Assembly (NCBI RefSeq): GCF_963921235.1
Contig: NC_086100.1
Span: 199,270,001 to 199,334,000, forward strand
Length of the DNA: 64,000 nt
Direction of reading: 5' to 3'
Source: Mobula hypostoma
Taxonomy: Eukaryota
How positions within the stretch are numbered: position 1 is the first letter of the stretch; each line of letters begins with the position of its first letter. Below the pieces are notes generated by a model, which saw only the letters and a program-made list of their open reading frames with translations, did no database searches and had not been told where the DNA came from. This document shows, one piece after another, positions 1-12,134 of this stretch. The position numbers were made by a program, and so were the translations under genes.

Positions 1-585
1 AAGCACACTCAAAAGGCCGAATGGCCTAGTTCTGCTCCTATGCCTTATGGTCTTATTATCCAACTTCCACCCATCCCATCCCAATCTCCCACATTCCCTC
101 TATATTCTTCAGATTCATTCTCTGTGTAACACCTTAAATTGAATTAAAAATGTGTTGGGGTATTAATAGGAGAACAGCCAACAGTGGATCCACATCTGGG
201 ATATCACATAGTTCCGGTCACAAGACATAGTCTATCAAAAATTGCTTTGGAGAGGGTGCAGATTCACTGGGATGGGGTTTCCTAGTTATGAGAGGAGTAT
301 GGATAGTCATTGAACACTACAGCACAGAAGCAGGCACCTCATCCCATCAGGTCCATGTCAAACTATAAACCTATCCAGTCCTGTCAACCTGCAACCAGAC
401 CAGAGCCCTCCATACCCCTCTCATCCATGTACCTATCCATATTTCTCTTAAACGTTGAATTTGAACTCACATCCATCACTTGCACTGGTAGCTCATTCCA
501 CACTCACCAATCTGAGTGAAGACTACCCCCTCATGACCCCCTTAAATATTTCACCTTTCATCCTTAACTTATGACCTCTAGTTCT
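1..585. repeat. Arm 1 of a long inverted duplication (partner 19242-19799); composite of CR1-derived pieces; runs off the window edge
   Basis: Reverse complement of 19242-19799 by direct comparison. Nearly identical over about 1-440, including the junctions between different repeat pieces. Confidence 0.9.
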
Positions 586-714
586 AGTCTCAACCAACCT
601 CAGTTGAAAAAGCCTGCCTGTATTTACTCTATAATTTTGTAGACCTCTATCAAATCTTCCCTCATTCTCCTACACTCTTTAGCACAATTTAAGCCACCTT
701 AGCACAATTACAGC

Positions 715-965
715 TCAGGGTGCTCCTGAGTTCGGAGTTGAATTCCAGTGTCATCCGTGAAGAGTTGGTTTGTTCTTTTCATGAACAGCAAGGGTTTCCT
801 CTGGATGCCTCCCCCCCCACCCCCCACAGTCTAAAGACCTATCAGTTAGTAGGTTAATTGATCACTGTAACCTGTCCTGTGATTAGTCTTGTGTTAAATA
901 AGTGGGTTGCTGGGTGGTGCGGATTGTTGAGCTGTAAGAATGGGCTCCACACTGTATTTCTAAAT
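715..965 (+). mobile_element. V-SINE (HE1-like) fragment
   Basis: B-box-like gttgaattcc followed by a degenerate V-domain (gggtttcctctggatg...cccacagtctaaagac...aggttaattg). Confidence 0.55.
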
Positions 966-1889
966 AAAATTTAAAAGAAAGTCTTTATCTATTCAACCTT
1001 TCCCTGTATCTCAGGTCCCCAATCCCTAGCAAGGTAATAGTTAAAGGCTGAGAATATTTTTCTTAGAGCAGAGAAGGCCAAGACGACCTACCAGTGGACC
1101 ATACAATATAATGAAGGGCATATATAAGGTAAACAATGGAAAATCTTTCCCCATAGCAAAATGTCTAAGCACAGAAGCCATGGAATATCGAACAGTACAG
1201 GCCCTTCGGTCCTTTTAGCCAACTGTAAGATCAATATATCTCTTTCCTCTCACATAGCCCACCACTGTCTTTCATCCATGTGCCTATCTCAGTCTCTTAA
1301 ATATTCTTAATTAGTCCGCCTCCACACATGACACTCAACATACCCACCATTGTGTTAAGAAAGACCTAACCTCCTCCCATACTTTTCTCCAATCACCTTA
1401 GAATTATGCCCTATCATATTAGCCACCCTGGGAAAATGCCTCTGGCTGTCCACTAGATCTATGCCTCTCATCTTGTACATCTCTTTCAAGTCACCTCTCA
1501 TCCTCCTTTGCTCCAATGAGGAAAACTCTGGCTCACTCAACCTATCTCTCTAATCAAGGCAGCATCCTGGTTAAAAAAGTTTACTGGAAGCGAAATAGAA
1601 AAGAGGACAATTTAAGAACTGAATAAGGCTTGGCTATGAACAAACAGCTTTCTGATACTCAAAAAGGAATAGTTTGGCTGAGTGTTGGAGAGCTATCTGA
1701 GGTCTCTGTACAGCACTATGACTCTAAAAAGATGACAACTGCCTGCATAAAATCAGAACTGTACAGATAGAAACAGGGCCTTTAGCCCACCACTCTGGAG
1801 AAGGGAAAGGAGGAAGAACCTGTGTCAAAGAAATCTTCTTTATCTGGCAACCTTGGGAAGAAAGATCACAAACTTGGTAAAAACCTTAC

Positions 1890-1951
1890 TCTTTGAGTAA
1901 AAGACGGCAGCTATCATAGTGGACAGATGTTTTCTTGTGACGTTCCCAATC
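1890..1951 (-). CDS. ZNF638: ZNF638 exon 3 (62 nt), DWERHKKTSVHYDSCRLLLK, completing the matrin-type C2H2 zinc finger
   Basis: Polypyrimidine acceptor TTTTCTTTGTTTTCACAG|GAT and donor GA|GTAAGG. Phase-0 join to exon 2 gives C-x2-C...DW..H-x5-H..SC. Confidence 0.88.
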
Positions 1952-4759
1952 CTGTGAAAACAAAGAAAACACAAAAAGTATTTTACCACTAAATAAAAGA
2001 ACAAGAGCCACTCCACCAAAAAATATGACCCAACAACAAGCTCAGCCAAATCTTTGGAAAATTTATTCTTTTTAATTTAATCAGTTCACTACAATGCCAT
2101 TTTACACATTCTCCACAACCCCAAAGACATCTCAAGAGCCTTGGGGTATTTTCCATGAGTGACGGATGAACATTTTAGGGAAATTACAGAAATGTAAATG
2201 TACAGAAAACCTACCGATGATTACTGGTGAAAAATGCTTATTGACAGACTACGCAGTAATAATACAATGATCAGCTCTTCAAGTGAAAGCCATTTAATGC
2301 TGCAGAGCCTCATAATATTTCTCACAAATATGGGAAAGGTCATGCTTGTGAATTCTGCACCACACCCGAATACAATTAGAATTACAATTAATGTCTTGTA
2401 TCGATTCCATTAACATCAGATTTGAATTCTTGTCAAGCTGACAAACCAAACAATTAAATACTTATTACTCACCATGGGTTTTCCAGAGTGCAAAGCCCTT
2501 TACAGCATTCTAAAAGTGATTTTGTTAATGAGAGTGTATTTGAACCCAATATTTTACTTTGAATACATCACACCTTAAAGTTCAGGAATCTACATCAATT
2601 CCCTAACCAGATTCCAGCCATTTTCTTCTTGGGTGCCTGTGGTATCTCTAAGCAACACGTAAAATCATAAGATAGAGAAGCTACCATTGAGAAGAGAAGA
2701 TAGAAATCAAGCTATTTGCCCATCGAATCTGCTCCACCATTCAATTATGGATGCACTTCTTCCAACCAAACTCTACCCAGAACCCTTAACCCCTTGACCA
2801 ATTTAAAGCCTATCAAGCTCTGCCCTGAATACATCCAATGACTTGGTCCACACAGCTAATGAATTCCACCTATTCACCACCCTCTGGCTGAAGTTGTTCT
2901 TCCTCATCTCACATTCAACAGGAGCATCCCTTTACTCTGAAGCTGTGCCCTTGGATCCGAGACTCTCCTGCTGATATCTTCTCTTTTTCCACTGTATACA
3001 GGCCTTCGGGCTTTTGAGTGTCTGGTTGGTTTCCAATCAGCTAACATTTTCTCATTAAACAGCTAGGTTGGTCACCAGTCTGGATTTGAAGCAGAAATCC
3101 TCAGATAATATCCCCAACCGGATGAGATGGAATTCAAGATTACCATTTAGATTAGGGTTCATGACTATGTCTTCAGGAACAGAGACAAAAGTCCCAAAAT
3201 ACCTTTTTTAAAATAAACTGAGTAAACACATGCTGGACATATTAATTCGACAGATTAAATCTACCAAATTTAACACAAAAATTAGAACCACAGAGCACTA
3301 CAGCACAGAAAACAGGCCATTCGGCCCTTCTAGTCTGTGCCGAAACATTGTTCCGCTAGTGCCATTGACCTGCATCCAGTCCATAACCCTCCAGACCCCT
3401 CCCATCCATGTACCCATCCAATTTATTCTTAAAACTTAAGTTTTAATTACCTCTCATTAATTCTCATAATTCCTCGTAACAAATTCAAAGTGTTGAAACA
3501 GACTAATTTGCTCCGAAACACATATCCCAAAACCTAGCCCCAGAGGGAGTGTGTATAGCCACAACAGACCTTAACAGCAGAATAACTGTTGTAGTAACTA
3601 CAGCTTTTAGTTGTTTGGGAGCCTCGCATCTCTAATACAAGTCAGGAAAATGATGATTCTACATTCATGAAGTATTACATTCATCAGTGCTGAGAATATG
3701 TATATTATTCTAATTAATCTTTAACATATGCAAATTATTTCAATATACCTTTTAAAATAGTGTATTGTATCTCTCAAATCCTTCAGAACAGTCAATTGAA
3801 ACAGGTAGTCCGATAACAGCAAACTTGGAAACATTATCTTGATATTCTGAATACATCTAGTGTAATCAGTTGGGTATTGACATGCACTACAATTGACAGC
3901 AGTTCATTGTGTCTTTGATGAGAGGGGAGGTGCATTTGAGCTGCAATGTTCAGTGAGTCAAAGTCTCAGTTCTCTGCCTTTATGAGATTGGTCAGTTTTC
4001 ACTAAGATTGCACAAGGAGCAGTACTGCTGGGCTAGAAAAGTTCTCTTACTCCGGAGCGTTATCCACAAAAGGCAAGAACTCCTTTGAGTCTAATACATA
4101 ACCTTGCCTCACACATTAATAGCTAATTATGTTGTTAGGTATATGGTAGTAATTTAAGCTCCAGAAAAGAATGGGGATGGGAAACTCATGGTAAATGGCT
4201 TATCTCTGGACAGCTGTTAACAGCGTACAACACCAAATAACATTATATGTGAAATATTTAATAATGACAGCCACTCGCTGTGGTCTCTTTTTCCCCATTT
4301 CAAAGAACCCCAATAATTTATGTATCGGTAGGATAAGCCCAGGTTGCCAAGGAGAATCTTTTAAACCTATCACATTATCCTAAACGAATTGCCGTGTTTT
4401 GATTTTGAAGAATGAAGATCATTCTCTTCTGGTGGGAATTCATTACTTTCATGTTAATTTCTTCAAGAGTAAAGTGATCATCTTCTCAGGTACACCGTTC
4501 ATTCCCATGTATATTTCTTCTCAATACATCTTGTAAGCACTGATGTGTTTGGATGGTGGAAGCTGAAGCAGCACAAAGTTATCTAATGCCAAATACTCAG
4601 AGGTAACTGGAGATACAATGTTGGCTTTAAAAGGTCTGCAGAGTGCGAGCATTCAGCTGCATCAAGTCTGCATAACATGCCACCCTACATTATTACACAG
4701 ATTACTTTTGGGTGTAGGGGATGGCTGTTGCCTGCTGTTGAATTTATCACTTCAACATA

Positions 4760-5283
4760 CACTGTGTGGCCACTTTATTAGTACAGGAGAGAAACATGTA
4801 ATGTGGTCTTCTACTGCAGTGCATCCACTTCAAGGTTCGCCGCGTTGTGTTTAGAAATGCTCTTCTGCACACCACGCGTGGTTATTTGAGTTACTGTCAT
4901 CATCCGGTCAGCTTGAACCAGTCTGGCCATTCTCCTCTGACCCTCTCATTAACAAGCTGTTTTCATCCACAGAACTGCTGCTCACTGGATGGCTTTTTGT
5001 ATCATTCTCTGTAAACTATTGTGCATGGAAGTCCCAAGAGATCAGCAATGTCTGAGATACTCAAACCACCCTGCCTCGCACTAACAATCTCTGGCAACCA
5101 ACAAAGTCAAAGTTACTTAGATATCATTTCTTCTTCATTCTGATGTTTGGTCTGAACGACAACCGTACATACCTTGATCATATCTGCATGCTTTTATGCA
5201 TTTAGATGCTGTGACATGATTGACTGGTCGGATATTTCCATTAACGAGGTGTAGAGATGTATTTACCAAAGTGATCACCGAGT
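4760..5283 (-). mobile_element. Internally deleted Tc1/mariner element
   Basis: TA|CACTGTGTGGCCACTTTATTAG terminus. Minus strand carries a degenerate transposase N-terminus (LSISDIAD-like). A related copy lies at about 26156-28007. Confidence 0.55.
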
Positions 5284-7088
5284 ACAAGGGCCCCTCTTTC
5301 ATAGCAATATTGCAGAGATCTACTCTTTAGAGGCTTAATATTCTAGCTCTGCTCTTTTTCCAGCCAGTTGGTTGGCAGGATCTCACTTCACTTCCAGGTT
5401 CTGGATGTTTTTGCTAAATCCTTTATTGATTGCCTATTCTTCATTGTCCCCATAAGGTGATGAGCCACCTTCTTAAACCACTACGTCTGCTGAGCATAGA
5501 AACTTTCCATGCAGCCCAACTCACCCACACTGACTAGTAGACACACTTTGTATTAGATATCCACCACCTACCACTGGTCCATAAGTGCCTTAATGCTTCA
5601 TGTCCCCTCTGAAACTCTTCCGCTCCAAGGAGGAGTTAGCCAGAGAGTGGTGAACCTGTGGAATTCTTTGCCACAGACAGTTGTGGAGGACAAGTCTTTA
5701 TGTATATTTAAGGCAGAGGTTGTTAAGGTTCTAGATTGCTCAGGGCATGAAGGGATACAGGGAAATTGGGGCTGAGAGGATAATTGGATCAGCCATGATG
5801 AAATGGCAGAGCAGACTCGATGGACCAAATGGCCTAATTCTGCTCCTGTATCCTATGGAGAACAGACCCAGCTACTCCATTATCTCCTCAGAAATGAAGT
5901 GCTCCAACCCAGGCAACATCCTTGTGAATCTTCTCTGCATCCTCTCCAGCCTATCAAATCTTTCCTATCGCCAGTCTCTCCAGCCTATCACATATTTCCC
6001 ATACCCAGCCTCTCCAGCCTATCACTTCATTCCTATGTCCTATCGACATAATTCAAGTTCCTATCTCAACACTTATGTACCGTTGGCAACCCAGCTTCAA
6101 CCACCCATTCAAGCAGTGCATTCTGGGTACTTGAGACTGTCTGGATGAAGAAGCACCCTTTCATATATCTCCTCTAAATCTCCTCCCCCTTACATTAAAT
6201 CCATGTCTTCTAGTTTTCTCTTCTTCCAATAAGAGGACAATTATCTTGTAGCCTACCTTATCTATACCCTCAGATTTATATGCCTTAATCACATCACCTC
6301 TTAACCTTCTCTGCTCCAGACAGAAGACCAGGCTTTTCTAGTTTCTCCTCATAACAGAACTGCTCTGTTGCAAACAATGTCCTGTTGAACGTTCTCTCAC
6401 CCCTCCAGCACTATCATCAGAAGTGGTTCGGGTTAGCTGAGGTCTGACCAAGGTCTTATAAAAGTTGGAATATAACTTCCCTGATCTTGTATTCAATGTC
6501 CTGATGAAAGAAGGCCTGGTTAACCATATTATCTAGTTGTGCTACCACCTTCAGGGATCTTTGCACTTTCGTGCCAAGCACTCTGTTCCTCAAAATACTC
6601 TTGGACCTTCCTGTTCAAGTCCTACCTCATTAGTACTCTTAAAATATATTGTCTCGCATTTATCTAGATTGAACTCCAAATCCTAATTTCTGTCACTTCG
6701 CAACAAACATCAACAATTCTCTGCAGTCCAGGACTACCATTTATCCATCAACTCCGTCAATCTTCATTAAAGGTCAATTAACTCCCATTTAGGTAGGTTA
6801 AAGGGTCAGTACAACATTGTGGGCCAAAGGGATTATATTGTGTTTAACTGTTCAATGTTCATGTTTTAAGCTACTTCAATTGTCTCCCACATCCAAGGCA
6901 TTTACTTATACTACAAACAGGAAGCATTCCAAGATTTACAAGATCCAAAATCAATGAAGGAATGGCAATTTACTTCCAAGCAGGGATGATGCACAGCTTG
7001 TAGGGGTCTTTATATGCCTGCTCCCTTAACATCTTGATGGTTCAGATGACAAGAGATGGGAATTGACCAGGTGAGTCACTGCAGTGTA

Positions 7089-8605
7089 CAGTGGCACGCA
7101 AAAGTTTGGGCACCCCGGTCAAAATTTCTGTTACTATGAATAGTTAAGTTAGAAGATGAACTGATCTCCAAAAGTCATAAAGATAGAAACATTCTTTTCA
7201 ACATTTTAAGCAAGATTAGTGTATTATTTTTGTTTTGTACCATTTTAGAGTGGAAAAAAAGGAAAGGAGCACTATGCAAATGTTTGGGCACCCCGAGAGA
7301 TTTGAGCTCTCAGATAACTTTTACCAAGGTCTCAGACCTTAATTAGTTTGTTAGGGCTATGGTTTGTTCACAGTCTCATTAGGAAAGGCCAGGTGATGCA
7401 AATTTCAAAGCTTTATAAATACCCTGACTTCTCAAACCTTGTCCCAACAATCACCAGCCATCGGCTCCTCTAAGCAGCTGCCAAGCACTCTGAAAATTAA
7501 AATAAATGATGCCCACAAAGCAGGAGAAGGCTATAAGAAGACAGCAAAGCGTTTTCAGGTAGTCGTTTCCTCAGTTTGTAATGTAATTAAGAAATGGCAG
7601 TTAACAGGAACGGTGGAGGTCAAGTTGAGGTCTGGAAGACCAAGAAAACTTTCCGAGAGAACTGCTCGTAGGATTGCTAGAAAGGCAAATGAAGAACCCC
7701 GTTTGATTGCAGAAGACCTTCAGGAAGATTTAGCAGACTCTGGAGTGGTGGTGCACTGTTCTACTGTGCAGCGACACCTGCACAAATATCACCTTCATGG
7801 AAGAGTCATCAGAAGAAAACCTTTCCTGCATCCTCACCACAAAATTCAGCGTCAGAAGTTTGCAAGGGAACATCTAAACAAGCCTGATGCATTTTGGAAA
7901 CAAGTCCTGTGGACTGATGAAGTTAAAATAAAACTTTTTGGCCACAATAAGCAAAGGTATGTTTGGAGAAAAAAGGGTGCAGAATTTCATGAAAAGAACA
8001 CCTCTCCAACTGTTACGCACTGGGGTGGATCAATCATGTTTCGGGCTTGTGTTGCAGCCAGTGGCATGGGGAACATTTCACTGGTCGAGGGAAGAATGAA
8101 TTCAATTAAATACCAGCAAATTCTGAAAGCAAACATCACACCCGTCTGTAAAAAAGCTGAAGATGAAAACAGGATGGCTTCTTCAACAGGATAATGATCC
8201 TAAACACACCTCAAAATCCACAATGGACTACCTCAAGAGGCACAAGCTGAAGGTTTTGCCATGTCCCTCACGGGTCCCCTGACCCCCACCTAAATCTCCC
8301 AAGCAAGAATTGAAAGATTCTTAGCTGGCTACAGAAAGCGCTTGTAAGCTGTGACACTTGCCAAAGGGGGTGTTACTAAGTACTGACCATGCAGGGTGCC
8401 CAAACTTTTGCTTCGGGCCCTTTTCCATTTGTGTTATTTTGAATCGGTAAAAGATAGAAATAAAAAAGTAATCTTGCTTAAAATATTAAAGAAACGTGTC
8501 ATCATTAATTTTATGCCTTTTGGAAATCAGGTAATCTTTTACTCGCTTAGCTATTCACAGTAACAGAAATTTTCACCGGGGTGCCCAAACTTTTGCATGC
8601 CACTG
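7089..8605 (+). mobile_element. Tc1 DNA transposon (IR/DR type) with defective transposase (about 7460-8385)
   Basis: TIR CAGTGGCA(C/T)GCAAAAGTTTGGGCACCCC at both ends with TA target duplications (7087-88, 8606-07) and inner DRs near 7275 and 8390. ORF has HTH, GRPRK and WTDE motifs; QDNDPKH follows a frameshift near 8140; the region of the catalytic E appears deleted. Confidence 0.93.
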
Positions 8606-9432
8606 TATCTGTAGACAGTATCCACTGTAAACAATACATTCCAGCAGTAGAGGGAACAAATGTTTACCAGCAGTGAGTGGGCTGTCAGTCAAAGAGGTCA
8701 TCTTGCCCTGGAGGCATTGAGATTCTTGAGAGCAGTTGGAGTGGTAACATTCCAGTAAATGGAGAGTAGTCCATCATGGTGGAAAGGCCTTCAAATGTCA
8801 AGGGTGAATCATCTGCTGCAAGTCATCCAGCCTCTGGACTCCTCTTGTAGCTATGTTAATCAGGTAACTGGCCCAACTGTGTCTCTGGAAAGTGGTGATC
8901 CCAGAGTAATGATGGTGGGCAAACTGGAGCTGGGCAGGAGATCAGGTTCCCACGTTGGGAGATGCTCATGGTTTGGCACTTTCTGTGGCACAGATGTTAT
9001 GTGTCTCTCATGAGCCTATGCTCCGATTATCTTGCTGCACGCAAGCAGAAGCTGCTCATGTTGGTGAGGAGTTGTGAATGGAATTGAAATAAGCACCAGT
9101 AGAATCAAACATGCTCACTTCAACATTACAACAGAAAGAAGATGATTGTTGAACAAGTCTCAGATGGTTAAGCCTAGGACACTATACAAAGGAAATGTGA
9201 CGATGATATCACAGGACTTGGTTGATTGATTGCCAATGACCACTGACATACTTATGTGAGGTACAACTCCAACACTGGAGTGTTTCCATTTGATTTCACA
9301 TTTACCAGGGTGACTTGATCAAATGCTACCCTGCACTCCTGGAATTCAGCCCCCTTTGGTACATCAGTTTGAAGCAGAGAAGTCTTGCCAACCCCCACAC
9401 AGGGCAGGATACAGGTAAAAGCCACTTTACAG

Positions 9433-9610
9433 AGGGCACGTGGCCAAGTGGTTAAGGCGCTGGTCTAGTGATCTGAAGGTTGCTAGTTCGAACCTCAGCT
9501 GAGGCAGTGTGTTGTGTCACAGAGCAAGGCATTGCACCCTGGAAACCTTCCAAGGCGCAAATCTATGGTCTCACGAGACTAACGGATGCCTATTATTATT
9601 ATTATTATTA
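9433..9610 (+). mobile_element. tRNA-derived SINE with (TAT)n tail
   Basis: A box TGGCCAAGTGG, B box GTTCGAACC, (TAT)n tail, flanking TTACAG direct repeats. Confidence 0.75.
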
Positions 9611-10087
9611 TTACAGCACCATCATCAATAGCTTGCATCACTTTGTTGATCTGCCAGATAACTTTTATTAGATAATCAAAACAACTGGCCTCTGAATGCA
9701 TTCTTAAGTAGGAATTCAAGAAATGAATTATAACACAGTGCATCAAACAAGGTTTACATCACCTGGCACTTGACAAAGGTGGATATCAGTTTGGCTGGCT
9801 CCACTGCTGCCTCACAGCTCCTGTGACCGAGGTGCAGTCCGTCTGGAGTTTGCACAATCTCAGCAGTATGGTCCCACATCCCAAAGGTAAATTGGCCTCG
9901 GTGAGCATAGGAGAGGCAGAATATGATGGGTGTACCAAAGGGATTGATTTCATGCATCTCAGGTCAAAGAAAAGATGCATACCTCCCCAACAAGACACTG
10001 CCGCTGAGGTCAACTATCAAAACGTCAACAGAATTCTGTACTTACAGAACTAGGGACCTAAAAATCTAATGCCTAGGATCTATATGG

Positions 10088-10705
10088 GAGGAGAAGATGG
10101 CAGTGCGACGCAGCTCTCCGGTGAAGTGATATTGTTTCAGTTAAATAGGGGCCGTGAACAATTCTGATTGATGGAGACAGACGTGAAAGCACAGAGGAAC
10201 ATCTGGAGAAATTTGTGAAATGCGGTTCACTGCTACTGTTACTGGGCGATCGAGAATCTTCCGGAGGGAAGGCCCCAAAATCCCCGGCTTTGCCTGCTGC
10301 TGGCGACCGAGGCTGAGGTCGAATCGTTCGGATAGAAATGGTGCTTGGTACTCGGTGTCAGAGGGCTGATCGAAGGCTCAAAGTTTTTGGACGACTCAGA
10401 GTCGGACTGTGGTCGGGCATAGCAGGGAGAGTTTTCTTCCTTCTCCCGTCTGCGTGAGATGTGGGACATTCGAGGAGACTTTGAACTTTTTTCTACTGTG
10501 CCATGGCCTGTTCTTCATCAAGTTATGGTATTGTTGCACTGTTGTAACTATATGTTATAATTATGTGGGTTTTGTTAGTTTTTCAGTCTTGGTCTGTCCT
10601 GTGTTTTTGTGATATCACACCGGAGGAATATTGTATAATTTCCTAATGCATGCATTACTAAATGACAATAAAAGAGGACTACGTGTCCTCATAATCTAAT
10701 CTAAT
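10088..10705 (+). mobile_element. Non-autonomous non-LTR retroelement with (AATCT)n tail; same family as the insert at 53619-54161
   Basis: Matches the reverse complement of 53619-54161; ends aatgacaataaaagaggact...cataatctaatcta. Confidence 0.7.
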
Positions 10706-12134
10706 GTGTAGTTAAAAATGTAAGAAATTTATCACAACCGACCTAAAGATTAACAAAAGCAGGGAGCTTTCAGATCATTATCAGCAGTATGCATGATTCA
10801 GAAACTGGCTGTTGCTACTTTGCAAATGGAGCAAACATGCACCATCCCAATGACTATATGGGTACATAGCTCTAGTCCTCACAGGGTGACCACCAAGATT
10901 ATTGAAAACAGTGATTCATATCCCATCTGCACTACACTCCTGATACTTACCAGCATAGAGCGTAAACAATAATATTTACAGATCTTATGAAACTCTGTTA
11001 TTATCGCATTTCTATATTTGCACATGTTAGACACTTTTCCACATCCTAAACTTGTTGTTAAAACAACCTGGTCAGGTCAGTACTTGTTCTCTTTGAGGTC
11101 CTGAGAAGGAAAGGATCGAGATATGCACCAACTTTCCACACAATGGAGGAGCTGCAGATCGTAGAAACAATACAGAAGCTTAAAAAAAATCAAAATAAAT
11201 CAAGCTCATTTAAGAGTTAACCGACTTTGATTCTCAAATAGGCAACCCAGGCTTATCATAGAGATACTAAACCAGAACACTTTGCTTGTACTCAGGCAAC
11301 AGTGAATTAATCCAAGAAATGATCCACAATAATTCAAAACAAGATGGAAATTGCAGCCATACAGACCTTGTATAGAAAAGAATTTCAACCGAGTCTTTAT
11401 AAACATATGCATTGGGATAATTGAACCTCTGAAAACTCTGCCCACCAAAAACTATCATTGCAACGTCAAGGACAATAATCCAATAGAATGTACTGCAATG
11501 CAATCTGGAAATTGCACTGATGCTAATATGAATTACTCCATCAGGAATTAGGTCTGAGAAAGTCCATCTGGTTAAAACTATAACTCTAAATATCATGGAC
11601 TAAATCTAAAGAGAAAATGTATCTGTCCCATATGTATATATATATATACATATATATATATGTCCTACCCTTACAGTTTATGACTTTAAATACATATCCA
11701 GAATTTACATCCTGTCACTGTTGTGAATGATCTCTCTGGTAAAATTAGGTGCCCCATGCTTGACCATCCTTTTCACCAGCCCTTCAAGTATCTGATTGTT
11801 GCCTACAGTCCAACACAAATGATGAAGCACCTCCACACAATTCCAATACAACCACAAAACACCAGACTAAACTGTTGACAGGATACCATACAGATTGACT
11901 GGATTATAGAGGTATTAAACATAGCAAGGGACACTTTTCCACACATGGAGATCTTCAGCTAATGTCCTAAATGCACATCTGCCAAGTAAAAAAAACCCAC
12001 ATAACTTACCACCAGACTGCTAGCCAGTCCTTGGTAACACTACAGGCATACTAGAGGAGGTTGAGGCCTACAAACACTATGCCTGTTAAGGAAGCAAATT
12101 ATAAGTAAAGGCGAACTATGTAATGAACACTCAC

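Noticed and set aside
2205..2285. Possible intronic C/D snoRNA
   Set aside because: No properly ordered box C/box D pair or terminal stem on the transcribed (minus) strand.
9433..9510. tRNA gene
   Set aside because: A and B boxes are present but no complete cloverleaf; it continues into a SINE body, (TAT)n tail and TSD.
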